The notes under the pieces: generated by a model | Databases searched by the model: none | What the model saw: the letters and a program-made list of their open reading frames with translations, nothing else | Told to the model about the DNA's origin: nothing | Part shown: in pieces, positions 19,083-27,520 of the stretch | Position numbering within the stretch: the first letter of the stretch is position 1 | Layout of the letters: every line of letters begins with the position of its first letter | Program-made: the position numbers and the translations under genes | Source of the DNA: an uncultured virus (IMG/VR IMGVR_UViG_3300037307_000895) | Taxonomy: Duplodnaviria; Heunggongvirae; Uroviricota; Caudoviricetes | Strand: one strand, 5' to 3' | IMG/VR virus record: IMGVR_UViG_3300037307_000895 | DNA: 64,000 bases

Positions 19083-19310
19083 ATGGCGGGAAGTTATAGA
19101 CATATTACAGACGAAAACAACAATTTTAAAGGCATCGAATTAATTGGAGATTTAGGTGATGCATATGAGGCGTTAGAAGAATGTTGGTATATAATAAATA
19201 TTTTGTCAGGCGGCGATAAGCAAAAGATTGCTGATGCACATTTAGAATACATAAGAAGAACTGGTGGTAATGTTGAATATATAAAGAGTAAAGATTATTG
19301 GGAACGGTGA
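19083..19310 (+). CDS. hypothetical protein
   Basis: Probable start at MAGSYRHIT within the tracked ORF. Confidence 0.5.
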   Translation: MAGSYRHITDENNNFKGIELIGDLGDAYEALEECWYIINILSGGDKQKIADAHLEYIRRTGGNVEYIKSKDYWER

Positions 19311-19627
19311 TCTTCTGGTACTTTAAGGTCTTCTTTATTTGGAAGTAAAACATTAATACCCATAGCTTTTAATAGTAGTAATATTTCAATATAAGGTATC
19401 GGTGTTGGAAACATAACAATCATCAGAATTATCTTAACTAAGTCTTTTGAGTGTTCTCTTAAAAAATAAATTTCTTCTTTAGTTGGTTTTCTCTTTGATA
19501 ATCCGACATAATTTTTTAATATTTTAACGAAAATTCTGCTGGCAATTTTAGTCTCTCTCGCTTCTCGTTTACTAAAATTCTTAATATTATCTACTAACTT
19601 AGAGACATTTTTTTGTAGGTCATTCAT
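19295..19627 (-). CDS. hypothetical membrane-associated protein
   Basis: ORF track, hydrophobic segment. Confidence 0.55.
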   Translation of the reverse strand: MNDLQKNVSKLVDNIKNFSKREARETKIASRIFVKILKNYVGLSKRKPTKEEIYFLREHSKDLVKIILMIVMFPTPIPYIEILLLLKAMGINVLLPNKEDLKVPEDHRSQ

Positions 19628-19658
19628 AAGATATGGTATTCTTTATAAGTAAAGAAGT

Positions 19659-20276
19659 TTATTGTAGATACTTTCGGATGTTATATCCAATTTTTTGTTC
19701 AAGTGTAGTAATAGTTTCATCAGTTACCCAAGCATCATTTTGATCATTTTTAAAAAATAACGCATAAATAACAACCTTCTTCGATAGTGAATAAACAACT
19801 TTCCAGCAATATTCAGGAACATAAACACTGCCTATTTTCTTCCTATAATCAGATCCACCGGTGATTATCAATAAAGAATCGTTTTGTGATACTTGTCGTA
19901 TAATATGTTCATACATTTTCCAAACACCTCTGTTTAAATCTGGAGTCTGCGGAACTGCATTATAATATCTAAATGTTGATTCTGCTTTTATACAATCATA
20001 AGCATAGTCCTCAAAACTTACTAAATGTCCCTGATCATAACCACTTTTAGAATAATCTTTGAATGTGGGTGAAAATTTAACACCACCGCTCTTAAATGTC
20101 ATGCCTCTTCTATCACAATTTCCGCCACCTTTATATAATTTATAAATCACATAATGTGGTTGTTTTAGAGTATAACTATAATAAGAGGTATAATGTCCAT
20201 TATTTATAATGGTGTCTATTCTTTGACCAAAAATTGTCAAAGGAATTAAAAATAAAAATATCAATAAGTATTTCAT
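19659..20276 (-). CDS. secreted DNA/RNA non-specific endonuclease (NucA/EndA family)
   Basis: Signal peptide; SGYDQGHL, NAVPQTPDLNRGVWKMYE, VPEYCWKV. Confidence 0.88.
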   Translation of the reverse strand: MKYLLIFLFLIPLTIFGQRIDTIINNGHYTSYYSYTLKQPHYVIYKLYKGGGNCDRRGMTFKSGGVKFSPTFKDYSKSGYDQGHLVSFEDYAYDCIKAESTFRYYNAVPQTPDLNRGVWKMYEHIIRQVSQNDSLLIITGGSDYRKKIGSVYVPEYCWKVVYSLSKKVVIYALFFKNDQNDAWVTDETITTLEQKIGYNIRKYLQ

Positions 20277-20280
20277 AAAT

Positions 20281-20960
20281 TTAAAATTTCATGTCAGTTA
20301 CAATTTGAACTTGTATACCGATATTTGTGTCCTCAATACTAGACCACTTAGTCTCGGCATATTTAACCTGACCACCATCGAAAGTTATTGGATTTGGACC
20401 ATTCATCCTTCTTAATCTTTCTTCTTCTATCCTTTTTACTTTTTCTTCCTCCATTCTTGCCATTTCTTCAAATGTTAAATTATTCTTAGGAGGTTCTTGT
20501 ATATAGTTATTAGATTGATAAGGTTGTTTATAACCATATTTAGCCAATAAAGCGTCTGCCTCTGATTGAGTAATTGTGGGTTCAGAGGTGGTAATTACTT
20601 GATTATCTAAAACTCTTACTTCTGGTCTTATCATTTTTTATCTTTAATTATATCTGTAATTTTGGATTTTATTTTGCCTAATTCACTATATTCAAATTCA
20701 TCTACGAATTTATTTCCTTTTTTCTTAACACCAACATATTCGTCTCTAAACATTAATTGCATTAAAACATCACCATCACAAGAAACTTCTAAGTCGTTTC
20801 CTACTTGTTTAGTTTTGCAACCTAATGATTTAACATGAGATTTTAATTTATCTCTAAAATCAGCTTTCTTATCAGGATCCCAAGCTTTCTTAGCGTATGG
20901 TTTTTTAGTATCCTTAAAAGCTACCCCTTCAAATACATCAAAGTTTTTAATATGTTTCAT
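20281..20960 (-). CDS. two hypothetical proteins (20281-20634, 20631-20960)
   Basis: ORF track; the upstream one begins MKHIKNFDVFE. Confidence 0.55.
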
Positions 20961-21015
20961 AGTAATTATTTATTTTATACTTTATATATTAAAATTAAAT
21001 TTCTATATTTGCATT

Positions 21016-21207
21016 ATGTATGTCATCTGTATAAATGATTCTAAAGCCTTAAAGAAAGGCGAAAGATATAAAGTTGTTAACATTCACGATAGGGCTTATT
21101 ACATAGAATACCAAGGATGGTATAACAAAAGAAATTTTATACTAATAGAAGATAATAGAGAAAAAATAATTGAAGAAATTTTAAAAAAAGACAAAACAAA
21201 GGAATAA
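21016..21207 (+). CDS. hypothetical protein with C-terminal tag
   Basis: NREKIIEEIL; TATATTTG upstream. Confidence 0.55.
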   Translation: MYVICINDSKALKKGERYKVVNIHDRAYYIEYQGWYNKRNFILIEDNREKIIEEILKKDKTKE

Positions 21208-21230
21208 TTTTTTTATATATACATTTACAT

Positions 21231-21302
21231 TGCGGGGTAGAGAAGCGACATCTCGCCAGGCTCATAACCTGGAGATCAGTGGTTTGAATCCACTCCCCGC
21301 TA
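21231..21302 (+). tRNA. tRNA-Met(CAU), initiator-like
   Basis: 1:72 mismatch, GCGGGG/CCCCGC, CCAGG-CTCATAA-CCTGG. Confidence 0.8.
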
Positions 21303-21322
21303 CAAAAAATTGTCAAAAAAGA

Positions 21323-21354
21323 TTTGGTGGTTTAAAAAAGTCATCGTATCTTTG
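21323..21354 (+). promoter_or_regulatory. Bacteroidetes-type promoter of the Tyr/Glu tRNA operon
   Basis: TTTG-N20-TATCTTTG. Confidence 0.75.
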
Positions 21355-21372
21355 TGAAACAAAGGAATAAAA

Positions 21373-21468
21373 ATGAACAACAGAATAGAAATATCAGTTA
21401 ACGGAGCTTCTTATGAAGCTTATTATTATGAGGAGGAAACTCGCTCAGTTGAACTGGCATTTCTATAA
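21373..21468 (+). CDS. attenuator leader peptide (Tyr/Glu-rich)
   Basis: MNNRIEISVNGASYEAYYYEEETRSVELAFL; AGTTGAACTGG pairs with the terminator arm. Confidence 0.85.
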   Translation: MNNRIEISVNGASYEAYYYEEETRSVELAFL

Positions 21469-21490
21469 TGTAACAGATAGAAATTCTTAT

Positions 21491-21521
21491 AACCCGGTTC
21501 AACTAATGAACCGGGTTTTTT
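21491..21521 (+). terminator. intrinsic terminator (attenuator)
   Basis: AACCCGGTTCA-actaa-TGAACCGGGTT plus T tract. Confidence 0.88.
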
Positions 21522-21525
21522 ATTT

Positions 21526-21607
21526 GGGTCAATCGCATAGCGGCAATTGCTGGGGACTGTAAATCCCCTCTCTTCGGAGTTCGTAGGTTCGAGTCCTACT
21601 TGGCCCA
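21526..21607 (+). tRNA. tRNA-Tyr(GUA)
   Basis: GGGGA-CTGTAAA-TCCCC, canonical. Confidence 0.92.
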
Positions 21608-21615
21608 CACAATTT

Positions 21616-21688
21616 GGTCCTGTCGTCTAATGGTTTAGGACGCGTCCCTTTCACGGATGAAATGCGGGTTCGATTCCCGTCAGGACTA
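21616..21688 (+). tRNA. tRNA-Glu(UUC)
   Basis: CGTCC-CTTTCAC-GGATG. Confidence 0.92.
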
Positions 21689-21697
21689 CAATTATAT

Positions 21698-21779
21698 GGA
21701 TTGTTAGCAAAGCGGCAAAGTCGGGTGGTTGTAACCCACCTCCCTTCGGGGTCCGTAGGTTCGAGTCCTACACAATCCA
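21698..21779 (+). tRNA. tRNA-Tyr(GUA)
   Basis: GGTGG-TTGTAAC-CCACC. Confidence 0.88.
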
Positions 21780-21787
21780 CAACAAAT

Positions 21788-21859
21788 GGTCCTGTCGGCT
21801 AATGGCTAGGCTATCTGATTTTCACTCAGAAGATGCGGGTTCGATCCCCGTCGGGACTA
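21788..21859 (+). tRNA. tRNA-Glu(UUC)
   Basis: TCTGA-TTTTCAC-TCAGA. Confidence 0.88.
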
Positions 21860-21867
21860 CAAAATAT

Positions 21868-21953
21868 GGGAGTATAACGCCAGCGGCACGTAAGCCGCCC
21901 CTAATCAAACAGGCGTACGGAAGGTAAGTATGGTTCAAATCCTGCTACTCCCA
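21868..21953 (+). tRNA. tRNA-like RNA, rearranged D-arm, 6-nt loop containing GTA
   Basis: GGGAGTA/TACTCCC; ACGCC/GGCGT helix enclosing GCGGC-ACGTAA-GCCGC. Confidence 0.55.
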
Positions 21954-21959
21954 CAAAAT

Positions 21960-22044
21960 GTCACGGTATGCAAATTGGTTAAGCGACCAGACTTTCAATC
22001 TGGGAACCGAATGGTTCGTGCGGGTTCGAACCCCGTCCGTGATA
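21960..22044 (+). tRNA. tRNA-Glu(UUC) with long variable arm
   Basis: CCAGA-CTTTCAA-TCTGG; GAACC/GGTTC variable stem. Confidence 0.85.
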
Positions 22045-22051
22045 CTAAAAC

Positions 22052-22145
22052 GGGAGGCGTCTACACAACGGGTCTGTAAAACCCGTCTGCATTATCAAAA
22101 TAGTGTATGGATTGCAGTTTAAAGGTTCGATTCCTTCGTCTCCCA
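22052..22145 (+). tRNA. tRNA-Tyr(GUA)-like, rearranged D-arm
   Basis: GGGAGGC/GTCTCCC, CGGGT-CTGTAAA-ACCCG, TACAC/GTGTA followed by TGG. Confidence 0.6.
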
Positions 22146-22148
22146 CAA

Positions 22149-22382
22149 TTAATTCAATGATAGGGAAGCAAATAATAAACCAGCAACTAATCCAAAAATG
22201 GGAACTAATTTAGATCCATCAACATTAAATAATTTTGCATAAAGAAAACTCAAAGCTGACGAAACTACTCCAGATAATACAACAAACCATAATGAAGGTA
22301 AATTAAGATATTCATTTCCCAACATTCCTATGGCTGCAGCCGATAAAAATGATAACAATAGTGCTAAAAAAAGTTTAAACAT
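22149..22382 (-). CDS. small membrane protein
   Basis: Three hydrophobic segments. Confidence 0.55.
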   Translation of the reverse strand: MFKLFLALLLSFLSAAAIGMLGNEYLNLPSLWFVVLSGVVSSALSFLYAKLFNVDGSKLVPIFGLVAGLLFASLSLN

Positions 22383-22759
22383 AGATTTTTATTTTTATAT
22401 ATTCATTTTTTGTCTATTTTAATTCAATGATAAAGGTGATAATTTATTAAAAATTAAATAGACTTAATTATTAATTGAATAATCTATAAAAAATAAAACA
22501 ATCATTGAATAATAATCATAAAAATTGGATAAAAAATAAATAATTTTTTTATTATAAATAGGAATTTATTTTTTAATATATACTTATTATGAATAAAGTA
22601 TTAGCAATAGGTGGTGTATTATTTGTGTTATTTGATGTACTATTTGTGTTATTAAATAAAAATGTAGGTATTATAGAATGGGTAGTTTTAATCATTATAA
22701 ATCTCTTTTTTTTTGGATTAACTATCTATAATACTAGAAGAAAAAAATAATAATTTTTT

Positions 22760-23233
22760 ATGTTAGAAATATTATTAATTGTTGTAATAATTGGATTAAC
22801 TATTTTCTTTGCTCTAAGAAATAGAGACAGGAAATCACCAACTTCAATAACTACGACAACTACTACGACAGTAGAAACATCTACTACAACAACTACCACA
22901 ACAAAATCAGAAAATTTAGAAGATGTTTATTTATCTTGTTGTTATAAACAAGTAGCGGGTGGTGTTGCAGAAGTTTCTGTCTATAGTAGTCATCCAATAG
23001 ACACTAATTTGTTGATAGATGTTAGAGTTATAGATGATTTTGGAAATACGTTTAATTCGCAAATTTCTATGTTTAATGGAAATATAAGTGTATATTCGAA
23101 TGGTATAAATTTAACTAATGGTGGTGCTGGTGTATCAGGATGTGAGATATTAAATGTAACACCCTCTTCATCTTCAACACAGAACTATGTTATAGATTAT
23201 AATAATCCTGGTTATGGATTATCATGTAATTAA
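22760..23233 (+). CDS. membrane-anchored protein with Thr-rich linker
   Basis: N-terminal TM segment, poly-Thr. Confidence 0.6.
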   Translation: MLEILLIVVIIGLTIFFALRNRDRKSPTSITTTTTTTVETSTTTTTTTKSENLEDVYLSCCYKQVAGGVAEVSVYSSHPIDTNLLIDVRVIDDFGNTFNSQISMFNGNISVYSNGINLTNGGAGVSGCEILNVTPSSSSTQNYVIDYNNPGYGLSCN

Positions 23234-23249
23234 AAAATAATAAATAAAA

Positions 23250-23447
23250 ATGGAAGTAGTAATAATTATCCTTATGTCATCTGTATTTTTATATGTATTA
23301 TATAATATAATCAAAAGCTTTAAAAAAACTAAGCCTGTAAATACCAACGGAACATCTGGGGGTTCAGGTGGTGGAACAACGATTATAGATACAGAAAAAG
23401 ATGTAGATTCAGATGATGCTGAGTCTGTTGAAACATTTAAAAATTAA
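23250..23447 (+). CDS. small membrane protein
   Basis: N-terminal TM segment. Confidence 0.5.
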   Translation: MEVVIIILMSSVFLYVLYNIIKSFKKTKPVNTNGTSGGSGGGTTIIDTEKDVDSDDAESVETFKN

Positions 23448-23454
23448 TATAATT

Positions 23455-23706
23455 ATGAAACATATTAAAAAATTTAATGAATCTAAATCAGAAAAAGACC
23501 AGTGGTGGGATAATAACTGGGAAAGGTTAATAAAAATTACTGATGAAATTCCATATGAAGACTGGAAAGTATTAATAAAACATAGAAATGATTTTGATGG
23601 AGTTTATAATTCGACCGGAAAACATCAAGCTTTATATTTATTAGATACTTATACTATTGATGAATTAGAGCAAATGATTAATGATTACACTTTTGAAGAT
23701 GATTAA
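23455..23706 (+). CDS. hypothetical protein (MKHIKKFNE start)
   Basis: Internal Met of the tracked ORF matches the shared N-terminal motif. Confidence 0.55.
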   Translation: MKHIKKFNESKSEKDQWWDNNWERLIKITDEIPYEDWKVLIKHRNDFDGVYNSTGKHQALYLLDTYTIDELEQMINDYTFEDD

Positions 23707-23752
23707 AAAATAAACAAAAAGGGAGAATAAAAATATAATATATAGATTTAAA

Positions 23753-23784
23753 TTTGGTGGTTTAAAAAAGTCATCATATCTTTG
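23753..23784 (+). promoter_or_regulatory. Bacteroidetes-type promoter of the Ile/Gly/Ala tRNA operon
   Basis: TTTG-N20-TATCTTTG. Confidence 0.75.
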
Positions 23785-23801
23785 TAAAACAAACATTTAA
23801 A

Positions 23802-23873
23802 ATGAAACAAATTAATAACATATCAGCGATAGCACAAATAGGGGGAGGCGCCGGCGCGTCGTCTTGTGGCTGA
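23802..23873 (+). CDS. attenuator leader peptide (Ile(ATA)/Ala/Gly-rich)
   Basis: MKQINNISAIAQIGGGAGASSCG; TGTGGCTG pairs with CAGTCACA. Confidence 0.8.
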   Translation: MKQINNISAIAQIGGGAGASSCG

Positions 23874-23897
23874 GGTATGTTATTATAAAAGATATAC

Positions 23898-23958
23898 AAA
23901 ACCCAGTCACATCGACTGGGTTTTTAGTTTGAACCCAGTCACGAATGACTGGGTTTTT
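23898..23958 (+). terminator. tandem intrinsic terminators (attenuator)
   Basis: Two copies of AACCCAGTC..GACTGGGTTTTT. Confidence 0.85.
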
Positions 23959-23964
23959 CGATTT

Positions 23965-24047
23965 CGGTAGGTACCGGTGGTGTCTTATACACACTATAAC
24001 CGTAACTGGTATGTTGAAATATGTGGGTTCGAATCCCATCCTACCGA
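23965..24047 (+). tRNA. tRNA-Ile(UAU)-like, rearranged D-arm
   Basis: CGGTAGG/CCTACCG, GGTGT-CTTATAC-ACACT, CGGT/ACCG followed by TAACTGG. Confidence 0.65.
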
Positions 24048-24054
24048 CAAATAA

Positions 24055-24137
24055 GCGGGTATCGTATAATGGAGGCATATGCCAGATTATAGGAGCCTTC
24101 CAAGCTTCGGATGTCGGTTCGATTCCGACTACCCGCT
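24055..24137 (+). tRNA. tRNA-Gly(UCC), enlarged D-loop
   Basis: GCGGGTA/TACCCGC, GAGC-CTTCCAA-GCTT. Confidence 0.8.
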
Positions 24138-24145
24138 CATAATAT

Positions 24146-24222
24146 GGGGGTTGGGACTGCAATGGGGTGGTCACCTGACTTGCAATTAGGAAAACAGACG
24201 GTATCGTTCACCGTAACCTCCA
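24146..24222 (+). tRNA. tRNA-Ala(UGC), variant T-loop
   Basis: G3.U70, CCTGA-CTTGCAA-TTAGG. Confidence 0.75.
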
Positions 24223-24266
24223 CAACATGCCGGATGATCCACCGTTGAATCGCGGTGCCGGCTCCA

Positions 24267-24339
24267 GCGGAAGTAGCTCATTTGGTAGAGCGCGACCTTG
24301 CCAAGGTTGAGGCGGCCGGTTCAAGCCCGGTCTTCCGCT
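24267..24339 (+). tRNA. tRNA-Gly(GCC)
   Basis: CGACC-TTGCCAA-GGTTG. Confidence 0.92.
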
Positions 24340-24425
24340 CAAAAACCAGGAGAGTAAAACCTATACTGAGAATGTTCTGGGTGTGGTTACCTAGTTCAAT
24401 GGTGTAAGTGTAGGGTTCTCCACCT

Positions 24426-24496
24426 GCGAGAGTCGTATAATGGTATTACAGTGGCTTGCCATGTCACAGACGAGGGTTCGATTCCCTTCTCTCGCT
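24426..24496 (+). tRNA. tRNA-Gly(GCC)
   Basis: GTGGC-TTGCCAT-GTCAC. Confidence 0.9.
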
Positions 24497-24556
24497 CTAA
24501 GTTTAGATGAATCCATAAATCGATCAACAGAGGGCGTTGCCTATTCTAAGCTTTAT

Positions 24557-24630
24557 GGGGGTGTAGCTCAGCTGGCTAGAGCACCTGCTTTGCAAGCAGG
24601 GGGTCATCGGTTCGACTCCGTTCACCTCCA
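24557..24630 (+). tRNA. tRNA-Ala(UGC)
   Basis: Canonical, G3.U70. Confidence 0.93.
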
Positions 24631-24741
24631 CTAAACTTTGAAGTAAAGGTGAATGCTTCGGAGGAATCTATTAGAAGGAAACTATATACCACTTCCTTTT
24701 GAGAAATTCAAATTTTTTGATAAAAATTAAAATTTTAAAAA

Positions 24742-25260
24742 ATGAGAAAACTACAAAAAATTTGTATAAATTACGGAGTAAATGGTATTTTAGATAAAAA
24801 TCTAATAGACATATCAATGAATGAGTTGAAATTGATAACTAATCAAACCCCAACAATAACAAGGAGCAAAAAAGACATATCTAATTTCAAACTAAGAAAA
24901 GGAATGGAATTGGGTGTAAAAGTAACTCTGAGAGGTAGGAAAATGTATCAATTTTTAGATCATCTAATAGATTGTTTATTAAATTCATACGAATTTAAAG
25001 GATTAAATGCTAATTCATTTGATAAGCATGGAAATTACTCAATGGGTATTAAAGACCAAAGAATATTTACTGAAATTAATATAGATAATATCAAAAATGT
25101 TAATGGAATGGACATTACATTTGTAACAAACTGTAATAAAAGTGATTCTTTAATTTTACTAAATAAATTAAACCTACCATTTACAGTCGATAGAGAATTC
25201 AATATTACTAAAAGTGATAGAATAATAAAGTTTAATAAAAAATATAAATCAAGTGAGTAA
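24742..25260 (+). CDS. rplE: 50S ribosomal protein uL5 homolog
   Basis: KLQKICINYGV, SKKDISNFKLRKGMELGVKVTLRG, SFDKHGNYSMGIKDQRIFTEI, GMDITFVT. Confidence 0.9.
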   Translation: MRKLQKICINYGVNGILDKNLIDISMNELKLITNQTPTITRSKKDISNFKLRKGMELGVKVTLRGRKMYQFLDHLIDCLLNSYEFKGLNANSFDKHGNYSMGIKDQRIFTEINIDNIKNVNGMDITFVTNCNKSDSLILLNKLNLPFTVDREFNITKSDRIIKFNKKYKSSE

Positions 25261-25466
25261 TCTTAAAGGGGGATATTGAATATCCCCCTTTTTAAAAAAA
25301 TTATAAGGAGGACCCAGGCTGTGGACGCAAAAAACAAATAACTCAGAGTCAACACGGAACAAGACATCAGAGAAAATTAAAAAAATATTCCGAAGGATTT
25401 AATGAAAAATTCTCTTTCTTCTTAAAGTGCTATCGAGCAGGATTACTAACATTTTGTGGTAGTGAT

Positions 25467-25763
25467 GTGGAAGTTGGATATCATCCATATTGGAGTGGAA
25501 AAGAATCATTTAGAATGTTTGATGACGGACAATTTAAAAATAAAATACCTGTATCGAAACATCCAAACATTTTAAAATGTGTAATTATAGGTAAAAAAAG
25601 TTGGGGATTATGGGTGAAAGAATGGAGTGATGGGATAAGTGAAGGAACATTTACTGTAAATGAAATTCTAAATGAATTTACACTTAGAGGAATAAAAATA
25701 CCAGATTCTTTTTTAAAAGATTTTTATAATGTAATAGAGAAAAAGGTATTAAAAACAAATTAA
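25467..25763 (+). CDS. hypothetical protein
   Basis: ORF track. Confidence 0.45.
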   Translation: MEVGYHPYWSGKESFRMFDDGQFKNKIPVSKHPNILKCVIIGKKSWGLWVKEWSDGISEGTFTVNEILNEFTLRGIKIPDSFLKDFYNVIEKKVLKTN

Positions 25764-26419
25764 TATTCTTGTCCAGCACCGCCGCCACCAAAATTACCAC
25801 CACCTAGTGATCCCAGTGATATCAAATAACACTCATCATAAATTCTTTTATATATGTATTGATGATTTAATTTATAATCCGATAAACTAAAATGCGCAAA
25901 TTTTTTAGATGTTACATCTACATCTTTATGTAATATAACATAATCAAATGGGTGTAACATTTTTCCATGATATAAAATATATTCATCAGTTTCTTTTATT
26001 TTCCTTAATTCTGATAATTTCACATTTTTAGAATCTTTAAATTTTGAATAATTCACATAAACTTTACTAGACAAAAGATTATTTTTATACCAAAATTCAT
26101 TAGTTCCGTTTTTTAAATTTATAGTATTGTAAGTTACTGTTTTTTCATCATCTCCAGATCCCTCTGTAACATCATGACTACTGACAATCAAACCTTCATT
26201 TGAAACGATAAGTGTAAACATTGGAACTGTATAAGTTGAATATTTTTTAAATACGTCACTTCCTATAGAAATTTCCTTATCCAATTTAGCAGTACCAGCA
26301 TTTTTCATAAAATGATATCCAGCACCTAAAGTAGATGCTACAAAAGCTGTGCCTATAGCTATATCTTTTAATTTACCCTCATTCAGATTATATTCATCAT
26401 ATTTTATTAAATAATTCAT
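25760..26419 (-). CDS. hypothetical protein
   Basis: N-terminus MNYLIKYDEYNLNEG, Gly-rich tail. Confidence 0.6.
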   Translation of the reverse strand: MNYLIKYDEYNLNEGKLKDIAIGTAFVASTLGAGYHFMKNAGTAKLDKEISIGSDVFKKYSTYTVPMFTLIVSNEGLIVSSHDVTEGSGDDEKTVTYNTINLKNGTNEFWYKNNLLSSKVYVNYSKFKDSKNVKLSELRKIKETDEYILYHGKMLHPFDYVILHKDVDVTSKKFAHFSLSDYKLNHQYIYKRIYDECYLISLGSLGGGNFGGGGAGQEY

Positions 26420-26472
26420 ATAACTATATATAAAATTAAAAAATTATTATTATATTTGTAAAAATTTTAAAT

Positions 26473-27063
26473 ATGTATATAAAATTATTTCTTTTTTATT
26501 TCTACTACTTAATAATTAAAAATCCTGTCAAAATTTTCTATCTTATTATATCCTTAATAACTTATAATTATGCGGGCACATTTGAAAATATAAAAAGGGA
26601 AGTAGAAGTAGTAAATTATTTTACTTCAGATAATACGCATCTATATGTTTATAAAAAAGCAGAAGAAAATCAAATCAAATATGAAGTTTTTAGTAGTAAC
26701 GAAAAGCAAAATCTAATAAATGGAATGTTAATATACTATGAATATAATGGCACAAATATACTATTATGGTTATTATGGGGGTCATCAATTATACTTTTTA
26801 TAGTATCTATTCTAATGGGTCGAAGTGATGAAAGTACAGGATGGAATTCTGACAGATGTTTTAATGATTCATTAAAATGGTTCATTAAATGTGATAGTGT
26901 TAATGGAAAATATTATTATCACGCGTTTAATAAATTAATACGAGTGGATAGCTATACACACTCAAGTTTTAGAGTAGATTCCTTCTCAGATTTAAGATTA
27001 TTACCAACATATCATAGTAAAGAAGAAATTAGGGACAAACTGCTAAAAAAAATAGGAATATAA
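26473..27063 (+). CDS. membrane protein with C-terminal tag
   Basis: TM segments; ends IRDKLLKKIGI. Confidence 0.55.
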   Translation: MYIKLFLFYFYYLIIKNPVKIFYLIISLITYNYAGTFENIKREVEVVNYFTSDNTHLYVYKKAEENQIKYEVFSSNEKQNLINGMLIYYEYNGTNILLWLLWGSSIILFIVSILMGRSDESTGWNSDRCFNDSLKWFIKCDSVNGKYYYHAFNKLIRVDSYTHSSFRVDSFSDLRLLPTYHSKEEIRDKLLKKIGI

Positions 27064-27084
27064 TATATAAAATAAAAAATTAAA

Positions 27085-27520
27085 ATGACGGTATATGAAT
27101 ATTACAATAGAGCCAAATGTCTAAGTTGTGAAACCATCATGTGGAATAATACTAAAGAAACATCAATTATTTGTCAATGCACCCAATCATCATTAATGGT
27201 AAATGATGAATATAATAATTGTGTTGATATTTCTGATGAAGAATTTAAAAATGCAATTAGAAATGAATTAGGACTTGACCTAAATGAAGAATTGGTTTTA
27301 ATAAAAAATAATTAATTATATGGAAAAAAACGAAATCAAAAAATTGTTATACACACATAAACCTATAGCTACCTTTTCTTATATAAGAAAAGGGGTTGCT
27401 TATTATAAAACTAAAATAAATGATGTTGAGGTAATATTTAACATACCAGTAATAGATATGGGAGATGCTGACTTTTTACCAGAAATGGAAGCAAAATTAT
27501 TAGCTAGATGGATAATGTAA
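27085..27520 (+). CDS. two small hypothetical proteins (27085-27315, 27320-27520)
   Basis: ORF track. Confidence 0.5.

Noticed and set aside
24633..24720. 5S rRNA-like element upstream of uL5
   Set aside because: No recognisable 5S motifs such as the CCGAAC loop
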